Below, one piece after another: positions 1 through 8,884 of a stretch of DNA of 64,000 nt (the stretch's first letter is position 1; every line of letters starts with the position of its first letter). This stretch comes from Candidatus Fraserbacteria bacterium (GTDB lineage Bacteria; Bipolaricaulota; Bipolaricaulia; RBG-16-55-9; DRXL01), in contig CAMTVK010000019.1 in the NCBI GenBank assembly GCA_947085185.1, positions 13,892 to 77,891 on the forward strand. The letters are read 5' to 3'. The notes beneath the pieces are model-generated. The model was not told the DNA's origin. It ran no database searches and saw only the letters and a program-made list of their open reading frames with translations. The position numbers and the translations under genes were made by a program.

Positions 1-662
1 TCGAGCGCATGAGCCTCATCAATAATCAAAATTTCTGCATCGGGCAGGAGCCCATGCCCAGACTCACGCCAGAGCGTCGCATCGGCAGCAAGAAGCGCGT
101 GATTGACCACCAAGAGATCTGCGCCAAACCATCGTTCTCGTGCGCGAAAATAAAAGCACTCATCATAATAAGGGCAGTCTTGTCTGAGGCACCCCGCGGC
201 GTCAGCGCTCACGTCGCTCCAGAGGGGACTGGGCGGGACAAGCGACTCCAGAGAGCCATCTTCAGTGTGCTGGGCCCAGCGCACCAGTCGTGTGTGCTCT
301 TGAGCTTCGAGGGGGGTTTTGGGCTGAAATCCATGGAGCGCCAGCAGACAGAGATAGTTTGAAAACCCCTTGGCCTCAGCAAAGCGAAAGCCCTTCACGC
401 GCGCCAGCAGGGGCAGGTCTTTCTGTATGAGCTGATCTTGCAAGTTCTTCTTATTGGTCGAGATGATCGTGCGCTTCCCAGAGAGGATGGCTGGGATGGC
501 GTAAGCGAAGGTCTTGCCCACACCGGTGGGGGCTTCGACGAGCAAGACTCCCCCAGAGCGCATGGCACGCTCACACGCGGTCACCATTGCCTGTTGGGAG
601 GGGCGCACCTCAAAGTCTGCGATATGCTCTGTGAGTCTCTGAAGAAATTCTCTGCCGGTCAC
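1..662 (-). CDS. DinG/YoaA-family Fe-S ATP-dependent helicase, N-terminal part (runs off left edge)
   Basis: Not in the ORF track; hand translation from GTG 662 gives MTGREFLQ...EAPTGVGKT (Walker A), TNKKNLQDQL, NYLC...CLRQDCPYYDEC (Fe-S Cys), VNHALL, LIIDEAH. Confidence 0.9.
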   Translation of the reverse strand, partial: MTGREFLQRLTEHIADFEVRPSQQAMVTACERAMRSGGVLLVEAPTGVGKTFAYAIPAILSGKRTIISTNKKNLQDQLIQKDLPLLARVKGFRFAEAKGFSNYLCLLALHGFQPKTPLEAQEHTRLVRWAQHTEDGSLESLVPPSPLWSDVSADAAGCLRQDCPYYDECFYFRARERWFGADLLVVNHALLAADATLWRESGHGLLPDAEILIIDEAHAL

Positions 663-759
663 AGCTGTAAGTATACTCGGCAGCGGGCGGGCGTGCGAGT
701 TGGCAGGACGAGAGTTTTTTGGTATCTTGAAGTATCACTCTATACAGGGGTTGATGCCC

Positions 760-1212
760 ATGCACACCAATCACGTCTTTCACGTCTATGGCCGGTGGGA
801 GGGCGGCGTAAACGGCAGAGGCGAGATCGTCAACGAGCACCAGACGATACGCACGCCCTTTGGGGTGGCCGAGGAGTTTGGAGGGATTGGGGGGCCGACC
901 AATCCCGAAGAGCTCTTTCTTTCGGCGGCGTGCTCGTGCTATCTCATCACGCTCGCGTATGTTGCCGAGAAGATGCGTCTGCCCGTCAAGAGGCTCGAAT
1001 GTGAGGCCGAAGGGCGCGTCGCGCCCCACGAGGAGGGCGGGTTTCACTTCACGGAAATTATCTTAAAACCCCATTTTGAACTGGAGGGCGACCCCAAGGC
1101 CCACGACATGGCCATCGCGCGCGCCGTCAAGCTTGCCGAACAACGGTGCATCATCTCTCGCGCTGTGAAGGGCGCCGTCAGATACGAGATCAGGCCCACC
1201 GTGAGGGTCTAG
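760..1212 (+). CDS. OsmC/Ohr-family protein
   Basis: TNPEELFLSAACSCY and AEQRCIISRA carry the two conserved Cys; start at 754 or 760. Confidence 0.85.
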   Translation: MHTNHVFHVYGRWEGGVNGRGEIVNEHQTIRTPFGVAEEFGGIGGPTNPEELFLSAACSCYLITLAYVAEKMRLPVKRLECEAEGRVAPHEEGGFHFTEIILKPHFELEGDPKAHDMAIARAVKLAEQRCIISRAVKGAVRYEIRPTVRV

Positions 1213-2366
1213 AGGCGCTCGAGCACCGTGGCGATCCCCTGGCCAAACCCGATGCACATTGTTACTAAGCCAAACTGAGCATCGCGGCGTTCGAGCTCAT
1301 AGAGAATCTTTGTGAAGAGAATAGCCCCTGTTGCGCCCAGCGGGTGCCCGTGCGCGATCGCCCCACCGTTGACGTTGACGCGCTCCCAGGGGACGTTCAG
1401 CTCTCTGCCCCAGGCGATGGGCACCGACGCGAACGCTTCATTGCACTCAAATACATCTATATCTCTGAGCGCCAGCCCCGCTTTGTGCAGGGCTTTCTTT
1501 GTAGCTGGGATTGGCCCCGTTAACATGAGAGTCGGATCTACTCCGGCGACCGCCCACGAACGAAAGCGCGCCTTGGGCTTGTAGCCCAGCGCTTTGGCTT
1601 TGTCGCGGGTCATCAGCAGGAGCGCTGCGGCCCCGTCGCTGATCTGCGAAGAGTTTCCCGCGGTGATGCGTCCGTTGGGGCGGAAGACCGGCGCGAGCTT
1701 GGCGAGCTTCGCTCGGCCCTCCTCTGGGGAAGTGTAGCGTCGGACGCCCTCGTCGTGTGTTATGACTCTTCCGTTGAGCGTGACGGGGACGATCTGGCCG
1801 TCAAAATATCCAGAATCTTGGGCGTGCGCCGCCTTCAGATGGCTCTGCAGAGAAAATTCGTCCAGTTCTTCGCGAGAAATCCCCCAGCGCTCGGCGATGC
1901 GCTCCGCCGATTCCCCTTGGGGGACGATCTCGTATTTTGCTAAAAGTTTTGGATTGAGTGGCTTGTCTAAATCTGAGCCCATCGGTTCGCGGGTCATGCT
2001 CTCGATCCCGCCGGCGATCGCGCAGTCGCAGACGCCGGCCAAGATCTCTTGGGCCGCAAAGTGAATCGCTTGTTGGGAGGAGCCGCACAGGCGATTGACC
2101 GTGACCCCTGCAGACTCGATGGGCAAGTCGGCTTCGAGCGCCATGATCCGAGCGATGTTAAAGCCCTGCTCGCCTCGAGCAGTGACGCACCCAAAGACGA
2201 CGTCTTCGATTTCAGAGAGACCGATGCGCGTGCGATCCAGCAGCGCTTTGATAGCGAGAACGCCGAGTTCGTCAGCGCGGGTATCTTTGAAAAAACCCTG
2301 GTGTTTCCCGATGGGCGTGCGAACCGCCTCAACAATGACGGGCTCGCGACCAGCGTCGATCGTCAT
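1209..2366 (-). CDS. Thiolase (acetyl-CoA C-acyltransferase)
   Basis: NRLCGSS, NEAFA, GGAIAHGHPLGATG, MCIGFGQG motifs. Confidence 0.95.
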   Translation of the reverse strand: MTIDAGREPVIVEAVRTPIGKHQGFFKDTRADELGVLAIKALLDRTRIGLSEIEDVVFGCVTARGEQGFNIARIMALEADLPIESAGVTVNRLCGSSQQAIHFAAQEILAGVCDCAIAGGIESMTREPMGSDLDKPLNPKLLAKYEIVPQGESAERIAERWGISREELDEFSLQSHLKAAHAQDSGYFDGQIVPVTLNGRVITHDEGVRRYTSPEEGRAKLAKLAPVFRPNGRITAGNSSQISDGAAALLLMTRDKAKALGYKPKARFRSWAVAGVDPTLMLTGPIPATKKALHKAGLALRDIDVFECNEAFASVPIAWGRELNVPWERVNVNGGAIAHGHPLGATGAILFTKILYELERRDAQFGLVTMCIGFGQGIATVLERL

Positions 2367-2367
2367 A

Positions 2368-2622
2368 TTACAGTTCGCCCATAGCTGCCAGGCCGTCGAG
2401 CAGGTCCTTCACCAGGGAGTCCACGTCGTTGTACGGGAATCGAGCCTTCCCGCCGAGCTTCTGCGACAACTCCATGGCTGTCCACGATTTGTTCCCCGCG
2501 GTGAATTTGGTCATCGGCCCCTGGGGCAGCACCGGGAGCAGATCGAAGACGCTCCTGACGGGGTACTTGGCTTTGCCGAAGACACTCTTGAGTTGGGCTT
2601 CTAATTCTTCGCGCGCACCCAT
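2368..2622 (-). CDS. MTH865-like small protein
   Basis: AKYPVRSVFDLLPVLPQGPMTKF...FPYNDVDSLV pattern; GGAGG RBS upstream. Confidence 0.75.
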   Translation of the reverse strand: MGAREELEAQLKSVFGKAKYPVRSVFDLLPVLPQGPMTKFTAGNKSWTAMELSQKLGGKARFPYNDVDSLVKDLLDGLAAMGEL

Positions 2623-2681
2623 GATGGACCTCCTTGTTGGCGCTTATATTTTGCCACAAGAGACGAGCAGTTGTCAAGCAG

Positions 2682-3182
2682 TTAGCGCGAGCGGCGCCCA
2701 CGCACCAGAGCACTATGAACCGAATCGGTGAGCGTGTGAATGATATTGGGCAGCCAAAGCCCTGCGATAAGAATACTCAAGAGCTTCATAGCTATTGGTG
2801 GCGCGTTCAGGGAGTCAAGCGGGACCGCCCAGACGCGAAGATAGCTCAGCCCCAAGGCAATCACCAGAGCGAGAACTCCCAAATACCCCAGACGGGTCAG
2901 AGTGCCAAAGAGCAGGCTATGGCTGACCCCGCGATGCTTAAAGATCTTCGTATAGGGAATCCAGAGAAAGCCCAGCACCCCCCAGCGACGACGACTGCGA
3001 TTGTGCCGTAAGTCCAAGTCAGGGCTGAGCCATAAGCTCGAGCAGAGATACGCTCCGGCGAAGATGGCTATCTCTTTCCAACCGACGTCTATGAGCTGAG
3101 CTCTTTCGGCGAGCACGAGCGAGGCGACACAGAGGGGCAGCAGAAACAATTCGATGCGCAGATGCGTCCTTCCCGACGGCAT
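2682..3182 (-). CDS. DUF2227-family putative metal-binding membrane protein
   Basis: MPSGRTH, SPDLD, HRGVSH and terminal HTLTD motifs with hydrophobic helices. Confidence 0.8.
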   Translation of the reverse strand: MPSGRTHLRIELFLLPLCVASLVLAERAQLIDVGWKEIAIFAGAYLCSSLWLSPDLDLRHNRSRRRWGVLGFLWIPYTKIFKHRGVSHSLLFGTLTRLGYLGVLALVIALGLSYLRVWAVPLDSLNAPPIAMKLLSILIAGLWLPNIIHTLTDSVHSALVRGRRSR

Positions 3183-3258
3183 AGCGAGCTCACTCTACAG
3201 CAAGACCGTGCTTGGGGAAAGCCCCGGTGTCTTGGTGGGACGGCTCAAGGTTCCCTGC

Positions 3259-3287
3259 TTGACTGTGGGGGGCTGCGAGCATACAAT
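3259..3287 (+). promoter_or_regulatory. sigma70-type promoter upstream of WD40 remnant
   Basis: TTGACT-N17-TACAAT. Confidence 0.5.
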
Positions 3288-3309
3288 GAGGGCAAGGAGT
3301 TGGCCCAGG

Positions 3310-3443
3310 AGGCTGTGCGGCACCCTCTCGGGACACAGGGGGAGCGTCAATTCGCGTTCAGTCCCGATGGGAAGCTGGTGGCCTCGGGCTCCGGTGATAA
3401 TACGATCAAGCTGTGGGATGTGAGCGATCTGGTGGGGAGGTGA
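3310..3443 (+). pseudogene. WD40-repeat gene 3' remnant (one frameshifted repeat)
   Basis: TLSGHRGSVNS then frame change to AFSPDGKLVASGSGDNTIKLWDVSDLVGR-stop. Confidence 0.75.
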
Positions 3444-3444
3444 G
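3404..3444 (+). repeat. 41-bp direct repeat, copy 1
   Basis: gatcaagctgtgggatgtgagcgatctggtggggaggtgag, identical to 4190-4230. Confidence 0.95.
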
Positions 3445-3545
3445 GGGCAGGCAGCGCAGGCAGAAGACCAAAGCTAGGAATAGCTGTCAGCGAGCAAAAT
3501 GCCCACTTCGTCGGCTTAGGGTACAATACTTGAAGGTGGTCTAGC

Positions 3546-3776
3546 ATGGCGCAAATCGCTGAACGCATTGAAATCGATCCCCACATCCATCACGGCAAGC
3601 CGGTCATCGCAGGCACTCGGGTGCCGGTCCACATGGTACTAGGGCTCTTGGCTAACGGCGTGACTCCCGAAGAGATCATCCGAGATTACTACGATCACAT
3701 CACTAAAGAAGATATTCTCGCGTGCATTCGCTACGCGCAGGCCCTCGTGGAAGAGGAAGAAGTTCACGCCGTCTAG
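3546..3776 (+). CDS. DUF433 antitoxin-like protein
   Basis: IDPHIHHGKPVIAGTRVPV...ITKEDILACIRYA. Confidence 0.9.
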   Translation: MAQIAERIEIDPHIHHGKPVIAGTRVPVHMVLGLLANGVTPEEIIRDYYDHITKEDILACIRYAQALVEEEEVHAV

Positions 3777-3778
3777 CA

Positions 3779-4141
3779 ATGGCCCGCTTTTTAGCGGACG
3801 AGTGCACCTTCACTGCTACGGTCCGCCTCATGAGGGATTTGGGGTTTCAAGTGCAGCGCGTCCAGGAACTAAGCATGACTGGCGCGGCTGATATGGACGT
3901 CTTTCAGAAGGCCCAACAGCTGCAAGCAGTCCTCGTGACGAATGATCAAGGCTTTGGGGATGTGCGGACCTATCCACCTTCATCGCATCAAGGGGTAATC
4001 GTCTTGAAGATGGAGCCCGATCCTAAAAAGGTGCAAGCAGTCCACCGCGTGCTAAAGGAACTCCTGAAAAAGGAGCAACGATTTGAGCGGTGTCTTTTTG
4101 TGGTGGACACGAGTACATATCGCAAGCGAACAAAACCTTAA
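3779..4141 (+). CDS. DUF5615 PIN-like (VapC45-type) toxin
   Basis: RFLADEC...GAADMDV...LVTNDQGFG; directly follows DUF433 gene. Confidence 0.85.
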   Translation: MARFLADECTFTATVRLMRDLGFQVQRVQELSMTGAADMDVFQKAQQLQAVLVTNDQGFGDVRTYPPSSHQGVIVLKMEPDPKKVQAVHRVLKELLKKEQRFERCLFVVDTSTYRKRTKP

Positions 4142-4189
4142 CGAGCTTTTGCCGGAAGTGGCGCTTTTGGCTTCGGGCTCCTACAGAGA

Positions 4190-4230
4190 GATCAAGCTGT
4201 GGGATGTGAGCGATCTGGTGGGGAGGTGAG
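4190..4230 (+). repeat. 41-bp direct repeat, copy 2 (second WD40 3' remnant)
   Basis: Identical to 3404-3444; reads LLASGSYREIKLWDVSDLVGR-stop from about 4164. Confidence 0.95.
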
Positions 4231-4245
4231 AGAGTAGGACAGTTA

Positions 4246-5079
4246 TTAGTAATCCCGGCGCGAGAAGAGATAGATTCCCAAGGCCAGCATGACCACGGCA
4301 AAGAGCGCCGAAGACCACATGGAAAACCCCCAAGAGCTCACTGTGCTCTCCAGGCCGATCAGCTTGACCATGAGGGCTTCCAAATCTTTGGTCTTGGGAA
4401 GAATATCATACAGAACATCGAGGGCTTTCCCGAACACAGGCGAAAGCCCTCGGAAGAGGTCACGCGATGCCGCCAAGTGCGAAAGCCCCCACACAATCAG
4501 GGTGGCCACGAGCGCCAAGCCCGTCCCCTCGCTCAGCAGCGCCATCAGCGCGGCAAAGCTATAGAAGACCGCAAACAAGAAGACGACAACCAAGCCCGCC
4601 TCAATCAGCCCCGTCTCTGTCATGCCCGTCTTCCATAGCAACAGCATCCACAGCCCCACACAAAAGAGCATCGTCGTGACAAAGACTAAGAGCACTCCGC
4701 CCAGATAGCGAGCCAAATAGAGCTCCCAGCGCGCGATGGGCCTCGCTAACAAAAGATAGAGCCTGCCCCGCGCAAGCATGCTCGAAAACAGCCCAGTTGC
4801 GATAAATAACCCCAAAAAGAGCCCCCACGGATTGAGCAAGCTCACGGCCAAGGCCTCGACGATATTCGCAAACATCGAAATGGGTATCTCAGGCACTCGG
4901 TTCCCAAAGATATAGAGCGTGATCATCCCAGGCTGGCCCTCCACATGACGGACACTGATCCCGAACGCAAAGAACAAGAGCAAGAGAAACACAATAGCGG
5001 CCAGCGCAAGAGAAGTCCTTCGGGCCCACGACTCCCGCCAACTCTCTTCGATGATCGCCCAGAAAGCTAAAGCGTTCAT
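4246..5079 (-). CDS. ABC-2 type exporter permease
   Basis: Multiple TM helices, LLARPIARWELYLARYLG, C-terminal FSRRDY; overlaps ATPase gene. Confidence 0.85.
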   Translation of the reverse strand: MNALAFWAIIEESWRESWARRTSLALAAIVFLLLLFFAFGISVRHVEGQPGMITLYIFGNRVPEIPISMFANIVEALAVSLLNPWGLFLGLFIATGLFSSMLARGRLYLLLARPIARWELYLARYLGGVLLVFVTTMLFCVGLWMLLLWKTGMTETGLIEAGLVVVFLFAVFYSFAALMALLSEGTGLALVATLIVWGLSHLAASRDLFRGLSPVFGKALDVLYDILPKTKDLEALMVKLIGLESTVSSWGFSMWSSALFAVVMLALGIYLFSRRDY

Positions 5080-5816
5080 AGTGAATCTGTCGCGTGTGGC
5101 CCGCGAATCAGCTCTACGAACACGTCCTCGAGGCTCTTGCCCTGGGTCAGCTCCTCAACGGTGCCTTCTGTGAGGAGCTGACCCTGATGGAGAATCGCCA
5201 CGCGATCGCAAATTCTTTCGATTTCCGTAAGCACATGCGAGCTGATAAAGACCGTCGTCCCCTCACCCTTGAGTCTTAGGAGAAGATCTTTGACATCCTT
5301 GCGTCCGAGGGGATCTAAGTTGGCTGTGGGCTCATCTAAGATCAAGAGCTTGGGCTTGTTGAGCAACGCTTGCGCAAGACCGAGGCGCTGGCGCATCCCT
5401 TTGGAGAATTCTCTGACTTTGGAAGCGCGCCGGTCGTCCAGCCCTACAAGCTTCAAGAGCGCATCGACGTGCGCGCGATCGTGGATGCCCGAGAGCTTGC
5501 TGAAGAAATCCAGGACTTGCCAAGCTTTTAAGTACTCCGGCAGCTGGTGATCTTCAGGGAGATATCCCACGAGTCGGCGCGCCTCTGCGCGGCGGCTGTC
5601 GAGCCCAAACAGCTTAACCGTGCCGCGATCAGCAGATACAATCCCCAAAAGAATCTTGATGAGCGTCGTCTTGCCTGCGCCGTTGGGGCCGAGCAGCCCG
5701 AAGATCTCGCCCTCTTGGACGCGCAAGCTCACGCCCCGGAGCGCCTCAATGCCAGTGCGCCGCACAATCCCTCGATAAGTTTTGTAAAGCTCGATGGCTT
5801 CAAGAGCGTCGCCCAT
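5076..5816 (-). CDS. ABC transporter ATP-binding protein
   Basis: GPNGAGKTT, FSKGMRQR, LILDEPT, SSH motifs. Confidence 0.95.
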   Translation of the reverse strand: MGDALEAIELYKTYRGIVRRTGIEALRGVSLRVQEGEIFGLLGPNGAGKTTLIKILLGIVSADRGTVKLFGLDSRRAEARRLVGYLPEDHQLPEYLKAWQVLDFFSKLSGIHDRAHVDALLKLVGLDDRRASKVREFSKGMRQRLGLAQALLNKPKLLILDEPTANLDPLGRKDVKDLLLRLKGEGTTVFISSHVLTEIERICDRVAILHQGQLLTEGTVEELTQGKSLEDVFVELIRGPHATDSL

Positions 5817-5970
5817 GATCAAGCTCCTAGGATAAGCGTTGCGCTATGGGGATGTCAAGTTGGCTCTCGGGGGGACAATGCGCGCACCTGGCGAGCAGCG
5901 GTAGGGCCTTCTGGTTTTCAGCAACTGGTCGCAGTTCGATACCCAAGGATTCTCATTAAAATAACGTTCC

Positions 5971-5997
5971 GGTAACGATCTCTTGGCGCAGGGACCG
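5971..5997 (+). repeat. 27-bp dispersed motif, exact reverse complement of 16053-16079
   Basis: ggtaacgatctcttggcgcagggaccg; partly resembles the IS481-like end ggtaaccatctcttgacccattaca. Confidence 0.9.
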
Positions 5998-6004
5998 CAC
6001 CCCC

Positions 6005-6033
6005 TTGACAAATCCCTGTGAATGTGCTATAGT
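6005..6033 (+). promoter_or_regulatory. sigma70 promoter of cold-shock gene, followed by about 165-nt 5' UTR
   Basis: TTGACA-N17-TATAGT; long leader is typical of csp genes. Confidence 0.8.
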
Positions 6034-6204
6034 ACATTTAGCTGTACGACTTGTCTTGGTCGTTGCGACATATGATGTGACCCATCGAAGGCGCTGCACC
6101 AGCCAAGTTCGACCCTCCGACACGTGACGTTGCCGGGGCCTACACCCCTGATGCACGAGACGGACGTCGAGACGGGAATAAGACAGCAGAAAGGGGTTGT
6201 GCAC

Positions 6205-6408
6205 ATGGTAACCGGCAAAGTCAAGTGGTTCAACGACGCCAAGGGCTATGGCTTCATCCAACAGGATAACGGCGGCCCGGACGTCTTTGTGCACTTCTCA
6301 GCCATCAAGGCCGAGGGGTTCAAGACCTTGCGCGAGGGCCAAGCGGTGGAGTTCGAGATCACCAGCGACGCCAAAGGCCCCCGAGCCGCAAACGTCCAGC
6401 CCAAATAA
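6205..6408 (+). CDS. cspA: Cold-shock protein
   Basis: [27 protein letters not shown] motifs. Confidence 0.95.
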   Translation: MVTGKVKWFNDAKGYGFIQQDNGGPDVFVHFSAIKAEGFKTLREGQAVEFEITSDAKGPRAANVQPK

Positions 6409-6433
6409 GCGCGTCTGATCACACAGACAGCTT

Positions 6434-6471
6434 GTCCCCGGCACGGGCACTGCCCTGCCGGGGATCTTTTT
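6434..6471 (+). terminator. Intrinsic terminator after cspA
   Basis: GC-rich stem ccccggca...tgccgggg followed by T run. Confidence 0.8.
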
Positions 6472-6529
6472 GGGGTTGCAGAATGCCCCCATTTCGTCTA
6501 TTGTAGAGTTGACAGCGAGGTGTCATCCT

Positions 6530-8245
6530 ATGGCCGACCGATCCCGAAATCGTCGCAACAGTGAAGAGCGTCCGCCCCTGGAGCCTGGTGGGCCAGGCCG
6601 CCCCGAAGGTCGCATTCGTGCTGTAGCTATCCTAGAAGAGATCCTGCGCTATACCCCACAAAACGATCCACGCATGGGGCTGTTAGAGCTGCTCTATGAG
6701 CAGCTCCAGGCCGACGAGCGCGCCTACCGCGAGGCCCAGGAGACCATCCGACAGTTCAACGAAACGTATGAGAAGCTGACATCCCCAGCCAATCGCATCG
6801 GCACGTTCTTAGGGGCGCCCCAAGAGGGCATCGCCTATATCGCCGTGGGCGATGCCGAGTACTATGCCAACGTTGATCCTAAGCTCGACGTGAAGCAGCT
6901 CAAGGTGGGCACTCGCGTCAAGATCAATGAAGCGTTTGCCGTGGTCGGCGATATTGGGTATCACCCTGAGGGCCCCATGGTGAAGGTCGCCGAGGTCCTG
7001 CCCGATGGGAGATTGAGAATTGCCATGGATGCCCAGATGGGCTCCGGGCGGATCGTGCTGCGCTCTTCAGATCTAGCAGAAAAAGCTCTCAAAGTTGGGG
7101 ACGAGGTACGCCTTGAGCCGACGATGCGCGTGGCGCTGGAGCATTTTCAGAAATCTGAGGTGCGCGGGTATTTCTTAGAGAAAATCCCTGAAATCCCGTG
7201 GGAGAAGATCGGCGGCCAAGAAGAAGCGATCTCCCTCATCCGTGATACGATCGAGCGCCCGCTGCTTTATCCGGAGCTCTATAAAAAGTTTGGCAAGCGC
7301 CATCTGAAGGGGATCTTGCTCTATGGGCCTCCTGGCTGTGGCAAGACTCTCATTGGGAAAGCTACAGCGTATAATCTCACCAAAGCGTATCGGGAGCGCA
7401 CGGGGCGCGACGTGCGCGAGTACTTTATGCTCATCAACGGGCCGCAGCTGCTCAACATGTGGCTGGGGGAGACGGAGCGCTTTATTCGAGAGATCTTCGC
7501 GGCGGCGCGCGAGCGCGCCAAGGAAGGGTACTTAGTCTTCATCTTCATCGATGAGGCCGACGCCCTGCTGCGGGTGCGCAGCTCCGGCAGATACTTAAAT
7601 ATCGCGAACACGGTCGTGCCCCAGTTTGCCGCGGAGATGGACGGGCTGGTCTCACTAGAGAACGTCGTCGTCATGCTCACGAGCAATCGTCCTGACTATA
7701 TTGACCCGGCGATCTTGCGCCCGGAGCGCATCGACCGAAAGGTCAAAGTCGGGCGTCCCAACCGCGACGCATCGCGCGCTATTTTTGCGATCTATCTGGA
7801 CGAGAGCGTCCCACTCGATCCAGAGACGGTCACCAAGCACGGCAGCCCTGAGGCGGCGCGACAGGCATTAGTCGAGCACGCAGCAGATTATCTCTTCCGC
7901 AGGGACCGAGAGACCGCGTTTTTAGAAGTTGTGCTCAAGAGCGGGCGGCGCGAGACGCTCTATTGGTGCGATCTCGTCAGTGGCGCTCTCATTATGTCCG
8001 CCGTGGAGCGCGCCAAAGATATGGCCATCAGACGGTGTATCGAGAAGGGCACCGACACCGAGGGCGTCAGTTTAGAAGACCTCAAAGGAGCGATTCGGCA
8101 AGAGTACAAAGAGAGCGAGATCTTCCCCAAGACGGATTATCTTGAAGATTGGCTGAAGCTCTTGGACTACGATCCAGAAGAGGTCGTCGAGGTGCGCCCG
8201 GTGCGTGAGAGTCGTGAGCGCCGTGCCGGCGAGATGGTGGTGTAG
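6530..8245 (+). CDS. arc: ARC/Mpa-type proteasome-associated AAA ATPase
   Basis: N-terminal coiled coil, OB-like interdomain, WEKIGG, GPPGCGKT, FIFIDE, NRPDYIDPAILRP, ARC-like C-terminal region (LVSGALI...AIRQEYKESE). Confidence 0.85.
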   Translation: MADRSRNRRNSEERPPLEPGGPGRPEGRIRAVAILEEILRYTPQNDPRMGLLELLYEQLQADERAYREAQETIRQFNETYEKLTSPANRIGTFLGAPQEGIAYIAVGDAEYYANVDPKLDVKQLKVGTRVKINEAFAVVGDIGYHPEGPMVKVAEVLPDGRLRIAMDAQMGSGRIVLRSSDLAEKALKVGDEVRLEPTMRVALEHFQKSEVRGYFLEKIPEIPWEKIGGQEEAISLIRDTIERPLLYPELYKKFGKRHLKGILLYGPPGCGKTLIGKATAYNLTKAYRERTGRDVREYFMLINGPQLLNMWLGETERFIREIFAAARERAKEGYLVFIFIDEADALLRVRSSGRYLNIANTVVPQFAAEMDGLVSLENVVVMLTSNRPDYIDPAILRPERIDRKVKVGRPNRDASRAIFAIYLDESVPLDPETVTKHGSPEAARQALVEHAADYLFRRDRETAFLEVVLKSGRRETLYWCDLVSGALIMSAVERAKDMAIRRCIEKGTDTEGVSLEDLKGAIRQEYKESEIFPKTDYLEDWLKLLDYDPEEVVEVRPVRESRERRAGEMVV

Positions 8246-8249
8246 GACA

Positions 8250-8543
8250 ATGGTGAAGCCTGCAGTGACTAAGCACCCACATATTGAGTGCCACGCTGAA
8301 GTTTGTGGCGGTGAGCCAGTGATCAAAGGAACGCGGATCACTGTGGGGCTCATCGCAGAATTGGAGCAAATGGGCAAGACAGCTGATGAGATCGTGGCGC
8401 TCTATCCCCATATCACGCACGCTCAGGTCTACGATGCACTGGCATATTATTATGACAACAAAGGAGAGATAGATCGCTACCGCCAAGAGAATTCCGAAGA
8501 GCATTTACGCCAGAAATACAAAGGGGCCTCTTGGATGAAGTGA
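8250..8543 (+). CDS. DUF433 antitoxin-like protein
   Basis: CGGEPVIKGTRITV...YPHITHAQVYDALAYY. Confidence 0.9.
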   Translation: MVKPAVTKHPHIECHAEVCGGEPVIKGTRITVGLIAELEQMGKTADEIVALYPHITHAQVYDALAYYYDNKGEIDRYRQENSEEHLRQKYKGASWMK

Positions 8544-8884
8544 AACTTTATCTGGACGAAAATATCACTCCGATGTTAGCAAGTGTGTTGCGAGGGCGAG
8601 GGTATGACGTGGTCAGCGCGCACGAGGTCGGCATGAGGGGCAAATCAGATGAAGAGCAACTAGAATACGCCGTCTCGCGGGGACGTGCTTTGCTGACGTT
8701 CAATGCCAAGCACTTTGCTCCTCTGGCTGAAAAGTATTTCAAGAAAGGCCGAGAGCATCACGGGATCGTCGCCACAAAAACCCTCGACTTGCCCGGGTTG
8801 ATCCGCTTGACAATCAACCTGCTCCACCGTGCTAAAACTGAAGAACTGAAGAATAATTTTGTCTGGCTGGAGAGCTATCGCTGA
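8531..8884 (+). CDS. DUF5615 PIN-like toxin
   Basis: LYLDENI...GKSDEEQL...LLTFNAKHF...HHGI; TTG start overlapping DUF433 gene. Confidence 0.85.
   Translation: MDEVKLYLDENITPMLASVLRGRGYDVVSAHEVGMRGKSDEEQLEYAVSRGRALLTFNAKHFAPLAEKYFKKGREHHGIVATKTLDLPGLIRLTINLLHRAKTEELKNNFVWLESYR

Noticed and set aside
9-1047. ORFs 9-362(+), 438-1004(+), 610-1047(-)
   Set aside because: Shadows of the minus-strand DinG-family helicase and the OsmC gene, which carry clear motifs
3404-4230. 41-bp repeat as a CRISPR array
   Set aside because: Only two copies 786 bp apart, protein-coding in origin, no cas genes
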